DNA from: Candidatus Microgenomatus sp.
Lineage (GTDB): Bacteria; Patescibacteriota; Microgenomatia; UBA8517
Assembly (NCBI GenBank): GCA_020724555.1
Contig: DYGT01000007.1
Span: forward strand, 15,258-79,257
Reading direction: 5' to 3'
Length of the DNA: 64,000 nt
Positions 55,922 through 64,000 of this stretch are shown in pieces (position 1 is the stretch's first letter; each line of letters opens with the position of its first letter). The translations under genes and the position numbers were made by a program. The notes beneath the pieces are model-generated. The model was given only the letters and a program-made list of their open reading frames with translations, did no database searches and was not told the DNA's origin.

Positions 55922-58016
55922 GAAATACACCTGTCCGATGCACCCCGAAGTTATATCGGATAAACCCGGAAAATGCCCCAAATGTAAAATGGATCTAGTG
56001 CCAATGGATGAAATGAAAGATGGTGGTGGGCACGAGCACCATGACCACGCCAGCATGATGGCAAGCCCGGAAGCTGCAGCAGATTTTCTGAAACGTTTTT
56101 TTATTGTTACTGCCCTTTTGGTTCCCCTGGCTATTTTTTCCGAACCGGCAGTAAAATTTTTAGGGACTCCGGATTTTGTGCTTAGGCCATATTTGGAGTT
56201 TGGTATTGCCACAATCATTTTTTACTTCAGCTTAGTCTTTTTTCAACATGCAAGGCACGAAATTATATCCCGACAATACGGAATGATGACCTTAGTTTCG
56301 CTTGGAGTTGGTGCGGGTTATCTTTTTTCTGCTGCCTCAACCTTTATCCCGGCAATTGAAGTTGAATTTTATCTGGAGATTTCAACACTTATCTGGGTTC
56401 TTCTTTTTGGCCACTTTCTGGAAGCTAAGTCCAGCTCTGCCGCCGGTGATGCCCTTGCTGAGGTGGCAAAATTACTCCCAAAAGAAGCGCACCTGAAAAC
56501 CGATAACGGCGTAAAGGAAGTAGAAATTGCATCTTTAAAAGAAGGAGATATTGTAATTGTTAAAGCAGGGGAAAAAGTGCCGGCAGACGGAATCATTGTA
56601 AAGGGTGGAGGAAATTTTAACGAATCCCATATTACCGGTGAAAGCAGACCGGTTGAAAAATCTGTCAAAAGTGGAGTTGTTGCCGGGGCAATTAATATTG
56701 ACGGGTCGGTAGAGGTCAAGCTCACCCGTGTGGGCGAAAGCTCGACGCTTGGGCAAATACAAAATCTGATAGCTTCGGCCAAACAAACCAAGCCTTCCGT
56801 ACAAAAGTTGGCTGATAGGGCGGCCAAATGGCTTACATTTTCTGCTTTGGGCGTGGCCTTTCTGACCTTAATAGTATGGTCGGTTATAGTCGGGCAACCC
56901 CTTGTTTTTGCGGCAACGCTGGCAATTACAGTCTTGGTCATTGCTTGCCCCCATGCTCTGGGACTGGCTATCCCGACGGTTTCTACCATTGCCACCAGGC
57001 TTGCCGTAAACAACGGAGTTTTTATTAAAGACATGGGAAAGATTGAAGTTGTCAAGGATGCTACCTATGTGGTTTTTGATAAAACAGGAACGCTTACTAA
57101 AGGCGAATTTGGTGTAACAAAGATTGAATCCTTCGTTGGGTCCAAAAACGAGCTTTTGGAAATAGCCGGGGCCATTGAGGCAAACTCATCGCATGTTATT
57201 GGTATGGCAATTTACCAACATTTGGCTATGGAAAAGATAAAACCTAAGGAAGTTACAAAGGTAAAAAACTTGGCTGGACGAGGGATGGAAGCGGAGCTAT
57301 CGGGCAAGAAATATTTTGTGGGGAATAAAAGACTCATGGAGGAAACAGGAGTGTGGAGCGACAAAGCGCAAAAAGTATTGGACGAGATGTCTGAGGAAGG
57401 TAGGACACCGGTTTTTGTGGCAAGCCAGGAGCAGCTTTTGGGTGTTATAGCACTTAGCGATGAGATTAAAGAGGAATCAAAACAAGCGATTAATGAACTG
57501 CATAAATTGGGAGTGAAAGTTGCCATGCTCACGGGGGACACGAAAGCTGCTGCCCGACCCATTGCTAAAAAGCTTGGGATAGACACTATTTTTGCCGAAG
57601 TACTGCCAGAGGATAAATATAAATATGTTCGTAAGCTTCAAGAAAAGAGTAATGTGGTGATAATGGCTGGTGATGGCGTAAATGATGCACCTGCTTTGAC
57701 CCAAGCCAATGCAGGAGTGGCAATTGGAGCGGGGACCGATGTCGCGGTGGAAGCCGGAGACATTGTCTTAACGCAAAGTAATCCCCAGCATTTAGTGCGG
57801 CTTATTGTCTTGGCAAGAAAAGTTTACAAAAAAATGGTTGAAAATCTCATCTACGCGGTTGGTTATAACGTCTTGGCAATTCCTGCCGCGGCAGGACTTT
57901 TTATTCCCTTTGGGTTCAGGCTTACTCCTGCAGTCGGGGCGCTTCTCATGAGCGCCAGTTCCGTGATTGTTGTCATCAATGCCATGACTTTAAGAAAAGC
58001 AAAACTTGAAGTTTAA
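55914..58016 (+). CDS. copB: P1B-type copper-translocating ATPase (CPH, CopB-like)
   Basis: YTCPMHP..CPKC.M.L heavy-metal domain, His-rich stretch, TGES, CPH, DKTGT, GDGVNDAP. Confidence 0.93.
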   Translation: MTKKYTCPMHPEVISDKPGKCPKCKMDLVPMDEMKDGGGHEHHDHASMMASPEAAADFLKRFFIVTALLVPLAIFSEPAVKFLGTPDFVLRPYLEFGIATIIFYFSLVFFQHARHEIISRQYGMMTLVSLGVGAGYLFSAASTFIPAIEVEFYLEISTLIWVLLFGHFLEAKSSSAAGDALAEVAKLLPKEAHLKTDNGVKEVEIASLKEGDIVIVKAGEKVPADGIIVKGGGNFNESHITGESRPVEKSVKSGVVAGAINIDGSVEVKLTRVGESSTLGQIQNLIASAKQTKPSVQKLADRAAKWLTFSALGVAFLTLIVWSVIVGQPLVFAATLAITVLVIACPHALGLAIPTVSTIATRLAVNNGVFIKDMGKIEVVKDATYVVFDKTGTLTKGEFGVTKIESFVGSKNELLEIAGAIEANSSHVIGMAIYQHLAMEKIKPKEVTKVKNLAGRGMEAELSGKKYFVGNKRLMEETGVWSDKAQKVLDEMSEEGRTPVFVASQEQLLGVIALSDEIKEESKQAINELHKLGVKVAMLTGDTKAAARPIAKKLGIDTIFAEVLPEDKYKYVRKLQEKSNVVIMAGDGVNDAPALTQANAGVAIGAGTDVAVEAGDIVLTQSNPQHLVRLIVLARKVYKKMVENLIYAVGYNVLAIPAAAGLFIPFGFRLTPAVGALLMSASSVIVVINAMTLRKAKLEV

Positions 58017-58019
58017 CTT

Positions 58020-59243
58020 TTACTCATATCTTAGTGCCTCAATGGGTTGTAAACCGGCGGCTTTGTAAGCCGGATACCAGCCAAAAAGAACTCCTATTGC
58101 TCCCGATACCCCCATGGCCAAAAAGACCGAAGTGAGCGACAGGGTAAAAGGCAAATTAATTATCTGGGATAAAACATATGAAGTACCGGTCCCCAGCGCC
58201 ATGCCGATAACACCACCCGCAAAAGTGAGAATTATTGATTCAATAAGAAATTGGGTAATGATAATTTTTTTCTTAGCCCCCAAGGCTTTCCTCAGGCCAA
58301 TCTCTCTTGTCCTCTCGGTAACGGTAACCAGCATAATATTCATTATTCCTATTCCCCCAACCAAAAGGGAAATGGCGGCAATGCCGGAAAGAAGAGCAGA
58401 AAAAGTGCCGGTAATGCTGGACGCCGCCCCCAGGATGTCGTTTTGGGAAAAAATAGTAAAGTCGGCCGCTGCCGGGTCTTTTAGTTTGTGTCGGGCAAGA
58501 AGCAAATAACCGATTTCATCTTGGGCTTGAGCCATGACATTCTCGTCATGGACCTCAACGGAAATCGAGGACACATAATCCGCTCCAAAAAGCTGTTTTT
58601 GGGCGGTTGTCAAAGGCACAAGCACCATATCATCCTGATTTTGAAAGCCCGTTCCTCCGCGGCTTTCAGTAACTCCGACAACCCTAAATGAAACATTATT
58701 AATACGGATTGATTGCCCAACCGGGTTCGCCCCTTCGCCAAAAAGATCAGTAACCACCTGAGGGCCAAGTACGGCGACTTTTGTCATTGCTTCAACGTCC
58801 CGCTCGCTTATAAAAGAGCCGGAAGCGAGATTAACCTTTCTCACCTGACTGTAAGAGGGAGTAACGCCTAAAATCTGGGTGTTGGTATTGTTTTTCGCGG
58901 TGGTCACTTGAGTTCTTCGCGAAAATTCAGGAGAGACATCTTTTACGGTTGTAATTTCAGAAGATGTTAGTAGGGCCCTTGCGTCTTCATAGGTAAGACT
59001 TGTCGCTTCCCCGGTTGCACCCCGGACAGAACCGCTGCTCGTGGCACCCGGGATTACCGTAAGAAGATTTGAGCCAAGAGATTGAATTTGCTCAGTAACG
59101 GCTTTTTGGGAAGATTGGCCTAAAGATACCAAAGCAATGACACTGCCAATCCCAATAACAATCCCCAAAGTTGCCAGGCCAGTCCTTAGCTTGTTTAAGG
59201 TCAGGGTGCCAATGGCTTCAAAAAACAATTCTGAAAAGTCCAT
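58020..59243 (-). CDS. MacB-like ABC permease
   Basis: LGIVIGI, GGIGIMNIMLVTVTERTREIG.RKALGA, PIEALRYE. Confidence 0.93.
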   Translation of the reverse strand: MDFSELFFEAIGTLTLNKLRTGLATLGIVIGIGSVIALVSLGQSSQKAVTEQIQSLGSNLLTVIPGATSSGSVRGATGEATSLTYEDARALLTSSEITTVKDVSPEFSRRTQVTTAKNNTNTQILGVTPSYSQVRKVNLASGSFISERDVEAMTKVAVLGPQVVTDLFGEGANPVGQSIRINNVSFRVVGVTESRGGTGFQNQDDMVLVPLTTAQKQLFGADYVSSISVEVHDENVMAQAQDEIGYLLLARHKLKDPAAADFTIFSQNDILGAASSITGTFSALLSGIAAISLLVGGIGIMNIMLVTVTERTREIGLRKALGAKKKIIITQFLIESIILTFAGGVIGMALGTGTSYVLSQIINLPFTLSLTSVFLAMGVSGAIGVLFGWYPAYKAAGLQPIEALRYE

Positions 59244-59246
59244 AAG

Positions 59247-59945
59247 CTAATTCTTTGTCCTTTTTTGCCGGTGATGATTGCTGTCATTGACGACCTTTCC
59301 ATCTCTTAGATGAATAATCCTTTTGGCATGTTCGGCGATGTCGGGTTCGTGGGTAATCATAACTATGGTATGCCCCTTATCGTTAAGGTCCTGAAAGATT
59401 GCCATAATTTCTTCTGCCTGGGCTGTAGCAATATTACCCGTTGGTTCATCTGCCAAAATAAGCCTTGGGTTCATTACTAAAGCTCTGGCAATCGCGGCTC
59501 GCTGTTGCTGGCCTCCTGAAAGCTGACTTGGCGTGTGGTCAATTCTGTCTGCCAAGCCAACCATTTCTAAAAATTTCTTTGCTCTTTTTGTTCTTTCTTT
59601 TTTTGCTATTCCGCCGTAAACCATAGGCAGGGCAACATTTTTAAGGGCTGTCGTGCGCGCCAAAAGATTAAACGCCTGAAAGACAAAGCCAATTTTTCTA
59701 TTCCTGATGTCCGCAAGCTCATCGTCTGTTAGTTTACCGACATTTTCTTTATCCAAAAGATAAGTCCCTTTTGTCGGAAGGTCTAACGCCCCCATAATGT
59801 GCATAAGAGTACTTTTTCCGCTCCCCGAAGCTCCCATGATCGCCACAAACTCACCTTCTTTTATCTCAAATGAGACGTCATCAAGGGCAATTGTTTCTAC
59901 GGAATCGTTTTTGTAGATTTTTGAAACATGAGTAAGTTGAATCAT
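59247..59945 (-). CDS. MacB/LolD-like ABC ATP-binding protein
   Basis: [26 protein letters not shown]. Confidence 0.94.
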   Translation of the reverse strand: MIQLTHVSKIYKNDSVETIALDDVSFEIKEGEFVAIMGASGSGKSTLMHIMGALDLPTKGTYLLDKENVGKLTDDELADIRNRKIGFVFQAFNLLARTTALKNVALPMVYGGIAKKERTKRAKKFLEMVGLADRIDHTPSQLSGGQQQRAAIARALVMNPRLILADEPTGNIATAQAEEIMAIFQDLNDKGHTIVMITHEPDIAEHAKRIIHLRDGKVVNDSNHHRQKRTKN

Positions 59946-59947
59946 AT

Positions 59948-61231
59948 TTATCTTTGTTGTTCACCGGCAAAACCTCCCGGCCTAAAGGCTCCTCCGCCAA
60001 ATCCGCCTCCGCCAAAGGCAGAGCTTCCCCCTTGTTGATTTATTGTTCCTATAATGACTTCGTCGCCTTCTGAAAGCCCCGACACGATTTCTGTTTGCGT
60101 ATCACCAGTAAGCCCTATTTCAACCGGGATTGCTTGTTCCCGGCCATCTCGCAAAACTCTGACAAACGCTTGTCCGGCCCGAAACTGAATAGCCACCGAG
60201 GGAATTACAAGGACATCTGCCTTGGTCTCAATGATAATATTGGCGCTCGCCGCCATATTAGGAAAGATTTCAGAGAGGGGAGTATCAAGCTGGATTAGGC
60301 TTTGGTAGCTTGTGACATTGTTGCTGGTTGTCCCGATCCTATCGACTGTTACCACCCTCCCACTAAAGATTTTGTCCGCTAAACTATCGAGCATCACTGT
60401 GGCTTTTTGGTCAATTTTTACCTTTGGGACATCTATTTCAGTTATGTTGACGCTGATAATGGGATTTACCTCGTTTTGGATAACGGCTACTCGCTGTGAT
60501 GAGCTGGTGGTTTGATTTGTTGAAGTAGCTTCATGGGTAAGCACCATCCCAGGGACAATCCCGACATTACTGACAACTCCGGAAATAGGAGCCGTAATAA
60601 CAGGCGAGGTGGATTGATAGGATAGCCAGGCGCTATTTAAAGCCGCCTTTGCCTGGTCAATGACTGCCTGTTGATTTTTATATTTTGCCTCCGCGGCTAA
60701 CCAGTCGGCATTTTGCTCAATATAAGTGGGATCGTCGGCCGACAAATCTCTGGCAACCGCATCGTTTATAAACTTTTGGTTGGCAGCAAACATTGCGGAT
60801 TGAAGGGTATAAAGGTTGGTATAAGCCGAGTCAACGCTGTTTTTAGCCGAGAGATAACTTGACCAGTTAGATGCATTTTTTTGTTGACCCTCTTTGTCCA
60901 AGGCAATTTCGGCAATTTTCGCTCCGGCCGCCACTTTATCGCCGTCTTTGACATAGACTGCTTTCACTACTCCGGAGGCCTAGGTTGTAACATTGACAAT
61001 GTTGGCAGCCAGAACGTTACCGGAAGCGGAAACGGTGGAAACGATTGTCCCCTTTTGGGCTATGGCGGTTTGAGACACGGGCTGTTGAGCTTCATTGGTT
61101 AAGCTTGAGAAGATAAACCAACCAATTCCTAAAACGGCGACGATTAAAACAATTTTTATAGGAAGCGAGCGCCTGGAGAACCAGCCTACAATTTTCGCAG
61201 GGCTTTTTAAAACATTACTAACAACACTCAT
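59948..61231 (-). pseudogene. Efflux periplasmic adaptor (MacA-like) interrupted by in-frame TAG
   Basis: The 83-aa and 339-aa ORFs are in one frame: VNVTT*ASGVVKAVYVKDGD; TAG at 60980-60982. Confidence 0.85.
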
Positions 61232-61253
61232 AGAGCGAAGTTTACAAAGCGAA

Positions 61254-61274
61254 TCTGAAAATTAGCTGAAGAAT
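61254..61274 (-). promoter_or_regulatory. OmpR-type direct-repeat site upstream of efflux operon
   Basis: TCTGAAAATTA-GCTGAAGAAT, 11-bp period, just upstream of minus-strand -10 TAAACT; matches 63049-63071. Confidence 0.7.
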
Positions 61275-61286
61275 AAGAAGTTGATT

Positions 61287-62330
61287 TTATAGGGTCTTGT
61301 GCTTTACAGGAAGCCGGACGGTAAAAACACTTCCCTTGCCGGGCGTACTTTCAACGCTTATTTTGCCGTGATGGGATTCAACAATTTTTTTGGCAATAGA
61401 AAGCCCCAGTCCATACCCCACTGCCCTGTCTTTACTTCTGGCGAAATCGGCACGCCAAAAGCGGTCAAAAATATGGGGTAAATCTTTCTCATTGATTCCG
61501 ATTCCATAATCAGATACGCTTATCAGGATTGAGCCATCGGTTTTTTCTGAAGCAATTGTGACTGATTTTTCTTTTGGGCTGTACTTAATGGCATTATCAA
61601 GAAGGATGACCAGTAAGTCGGTCAGCGCATATTGATCGGCTTCAAGTTCAAAGTTTTGGGATTTATCTTTAAGCGTGATTTTCTTTTTTGTGGCTTGCGG
61701 TTTAACTTTTTGGATTGATTTTTTTATTATCGAAGCAAGAGACACTTTCTCAAATTTGCTGCTATTGTTTGGTTTTTGGTAAGAAGCCAGCCGAAGCAGC
61801 CCCTCAGATAGAGATTGGAGTTTATCTACCTCTTCAATATTTTCCTTAATTAATTTTTTAGCGTCGGCAAGAGTCAGGCGTTTATCCCTGAGGTGAACCT
61901 CTAAGGCGGCCTTAAGAGAAGTAAGAGGGGTTTTAAGTTCATGAGAAGCATCGGAAATAAATTGATTTTGTTCGTCGACCATGTTTTTAATCGGCTTTAA
62001 GGTCTTTCCTGCAAGAAAATAGCCAAGTCCACTGGAGACCACCAAAATTCCGCCATTAATAATTACCAAAAAGAAAATTAAACGCTGTTTTGTTTCTTCA
62101 ACCAACTCCGGATCAGTAAGGATTCTTGGAGGAGTATTGCGGAAACGGGATTCGGGTGACATAAATTCCTGCCCGCTGAGACGCCTTTCAATTTGTAGCC
62201 CCTGAAGATGAGAAAAGCGATTTAATTCTGCCGTCAGCACTTTATAGATAACCGTGCTAAAACCAATGCTAATCAGCATGATTATCAGTAAATACCAGGC
62301 GGTTAGTTTAAGTCGTGCTTTACCAAACAT
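61287..62330 (-). CDS. Membrane sensor histidine kinase
   Basis: Two TMs, DASHELKTPL, LLDNAIKY, D.G.GI, FDRF, G.GLGLSIAK. Confidence 0.93.
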   Translation of the reverse strand: MFGKARLKLTAWYLLIIMLISIGFSTVIYKVLTAELNRFSHLQGLQIERRLSGQEFMSPESRFRNTPPRILTDPELVEETKQRLIFFLVIINGGILVVSSGLGYFLAGKTLKPIKNMVDEQNQFISDASHELKTPLTSLKAALEVHLRDKRLTLADAKKLIKENIEEVDKLQSLSEGLLRLASYQKPNNSSKFEKVSLASIIKKSIQKVKPQATKKKITLKDKSQNFELEADQYALTDLLVILLDNAIKYSPKEKSVTIASEKTDGSILISVSDYGIGINEKDLPHIFDRFWRADFARSKDRAVGYGLGLSIAKKIVESHHGKISVESTPGKGSVFTVRLPVKHKTL

Positions 62331-62333
62331 AAA

Positions 62334-63032
62334 TTAATCTCCAATTTTGTAGCCAAAGCCCCTGACTGTATGGAGCAATGCTTTTTTGCCTGCCCGTCCG
62401 GCCTTCGGGTCATTAAAGGGAAGGTCAATTTTACGGCGAAGAATGCGGATATATACTTCAACCGTGTTGGGCAAAATGTCGGCATTATAATCCCAAACAT
62501 GGCTGATAATTTGCTCTTTAGTCAGAGTCTGGTGGGGGTGGCGCATTAAATATTCAAGCAGGGAAAACTCTTTACTTGAAAGCTGGATTTTTTGCTTGCC
62601 CCGTTTCACCTCAAAGTTTTGAGTGTTAAGCTTTAGATCCCCGACAGTTAACACAATTGGCAGGGAATTTTTTGGTCTGCGGATTAAAGCCCTTATCCTG
62701 GCAAGCAGTTCCTCAAAAGAGAAAGGCTTGGTAAGATAATCATCTGCGCCGCTGTCCAGTCCTGCCACTTTGTCTTGGGTTTGTCCTTTGGCAGTCAGAA
62801 TAAGGATTGGAGTATGTTTTCCCTCCTCACGAAGTCTCCTGCAAACTTCCAAGCCGTCCATTCCGGGAAGCAATAAATCCAAAACGATAGCATCGTAATC
62901 TTCGGCTGAGGCTAAATCAAAACCGTCTGTGCCGTTATAAGCAACATCAACAGCATACCGTTCTTGTTCCAAGCCTTTTTTGATGGAGTTGGCAATCCGA
63001 TGCTCATCCTCGACAATAAGAATTCTCACCAT
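62334..63032 (-). CDS. OmpR family response regulator
   Basis: IVEDE, LDLLLP, GADDYLTKPF, VEVYI..LRRKID, TVRGFGY. Confidence 0.94.
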   Translation of the reverse strand: MVRILIVEDEHRIANSIKKGLEQERYAVDVAYNGTDGFDLASAEDYDAIVLDLLLPGMDGLEVCRRLREEGKHTPILILTAKGQTQDKVAGLDSGADDYLTKPFSFEELLARIRALIRRPKNSLPIVLTVGDLKLNTQNFEVKRGKQKIQLSSKEFSLLEYLMRHPHQTLTKEQIISHVWDYNADILPNTVEVYIRILRRKIDLPFNDPKAGRAGKKALLHTVRGFGYKIGD

Positions 63033-63048
63033 TTAAATTATACAGTAA

Positions 63049-63071
63049 TAGCTGAAAAATAGCTGAAAAAT
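63049..63071 (-). promoter_or_regulatory. OmpR-type direct-repeat site (autoregulation)
   Basis: Perfect tandem TAGCTGAAAAA x2 upstream of minus-strand TATAAT and ATG. Confidence 0.75.
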
Positions 63072-63223
63072 AAATAATGTGAAACTTCGCGTAAGCTCGA
63101 GGGAGATTCATTGATTTCTTCTTTTCTTCAAAATGGCAAGTCCTTGGTCTTAAGAACATAAGTAACTTTCTTCTTATACCTTTGACCGGGAAGAATCATC
63201 GGTAAAAATGCTATAATCAACCT

Positions 63224-63514
63224 ATGAACTTAAATGTGGATACAAAGCAATTGCAAAATATCTGCAAAGCTAATGATATTTCCTATCTTGGACTTTTTGG
63301 CTCTTTTGCAACTGGGCAAGAACGGGAAGATAGTGATGTAGATTTGTTGGTTGATTTTAAAAGCACCAAGTCTTTGCTTGAAAAGGGAAAAGTGCTTATT
63401 GAGCTAGAGAGTTTATTTAATCGAGAAGTGGATTTGGTTTCCAGAAAAAATGTCAAACCATCTCTTAAACCCTACATTAATAAACAACTAATTACGCTGT
63501 ATGGAGAAAAGTAA
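63224..63514 (+). CDS. MNT (MntA-like) nucleotidyltransferase antitoxin
   Basis: LFGSFATG....DSDVDLLV, REVDLV. Confidence 0.9.
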   Translation: MNLNVDTKQLQNICKANDISYLGLFGSFATGQEREDSDVDLLVDFKSTKSLLEKGKVLIELESLFNREVDLVSRKNVKPSLKPYINKQLITLYGEK

Positions 63515-63845
63515 TAAGGTTTATCTCGAAGATATTATCCAGGCAATAAAACTGATATTAGACGACTATGTTTCTGGAGTTAGCTTCGAGGAATTCGACA
63601 AGGATAAGAAAACTCAGGATGCCGTCATAAGACAGATCGCAATAATCGGTGAGGCGATGGGTAAGTTGAACAAAGATTTTATAGAGAATCATCCTGAACT
63701 TCCCAGCAAAGAAGCAGTGTCGATGAGAAATGTTCTAGTTCACGATTATGACTGGGTGGATACTGAAGAGGTGTGGAGGACGATTGAGCAAGATCTTCCT
63801 AATCTTAAACAGTCTGTGGAAAAAATTTTGAAATTGGAGCATTAA
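63501..63845 (+). CDS. HEPN (HepT/DUF86) RNase toxin
   Basis: DAVIRQ..IIGEA, MRNVLVHDY (RxxxxH), VW.TIE.DLP. Confidence 0.9.
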   Translation: MEKSNKVYLEDIIQAIKLILDDYVSGVSFEEFDKDKKTQDAVIRQIAIIGEAMGKLNKDFIENHPELPSKEAVSMRNVLVHDYDWVDTEEVWRTIEQDLPNLKQSVEKILKLEH

Positions 63846-63925
63846 CATTATGGGACTAGTGTTTACTAGATTCGTATTCTCAGCAGAGTTCGAGTAGGAA
63901 GGCATGGATTTTCGGAGTTAAGGGT

Positions 63926-64000
63926 TTAATCTTTGGTTTCTCCCCACTGCCGCATTTTTATGATGATATCCCGTAAGGACTCGCCTTTGGGTGTGAGCGA
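63926..64000 (-). CDS. HxlR family transcriptional regulator (3' end, truncated by window)
   Basis: Manual translation SLTPKGESLRDIIIKMRQWGETKD-stop. Confidence 0.7.
   Translation of the reverse strand, partial: SLTPKGESLRDIIIKMRQWGETKD

Noticed and set aside
60980-60982. TAG or TGA stop-codon reassignment
   Set aside because: TAG terminates recX and dtd and TGA terminates rpsM, infA and rplQ at expected lengths; code 11 holds
1969-62500. Numerous antisense or alternate-frame ORFs of 60-230 aa in the ORF track
   Set aside because: Fully overlap well-supported genes and carry no independent motifs
63224-63845. MNT-HEPN pair as a novel system
   Set aside because: Canonical, well-described toxin-antitoxin architecture; listed as a feature only

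Overview
64 kb of a small-genome bacterium whose gene style and content point to the CPR/Patescibacteria, most likely Microgenomates (inference from truncated RelA, GAD-less AspRS, DUF4446/DUF3048, an ArsR-nucleotidyltransferase fusion and pervasive leaderless starts). Genetic code 11. Bases 1-36.8k are mostly core genome: end of the spc/alpha operon (secY-adk-map-infA-rpmJ-rpsMKD-rpoA-rplQ-rplM-rpsI), tRNA-Pro, tsaC, recA-recX, rny, HU, an ABC-2 transporter, miaA, RNase P RNA, dtd, nth, secDF, cca, recJ, rel, aspS, a DD-carboxypeptidase, gltX and a PAS two-component cluster. Bases 36.8-64k are accessory: a GIY-YIG nuclease bracketed by copies of the tRNA-Gln 5' end; a ~12 kb island of sugar-phosphate and nucleotide-processing enzymes (5 NUDIX, 2 CYTH, HIT, MazG, ITPase, 3 nucleotidyltransferases); a decayed IS3; an IS605-like miniature element; a BlaI/M56/DsbA/CcdA regulon with visible operators; CsoR-CopB; a MacAB-type efflux system with its two-component system; and an MNT-HEPN toxin-antitoxin pair. 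The most unusual signals are: (i) both tRNA genes carry the same leader design (a copy of their own 5' end plus an antisense arm), linked at tRNA-Gln to a GIY-YIG gene and a short dispersed palindromic repeat family; (ii) the nucleotide-processing island; (iii) unannotated structured RNAs. All calls are by eye from motifs; no database searches were run.
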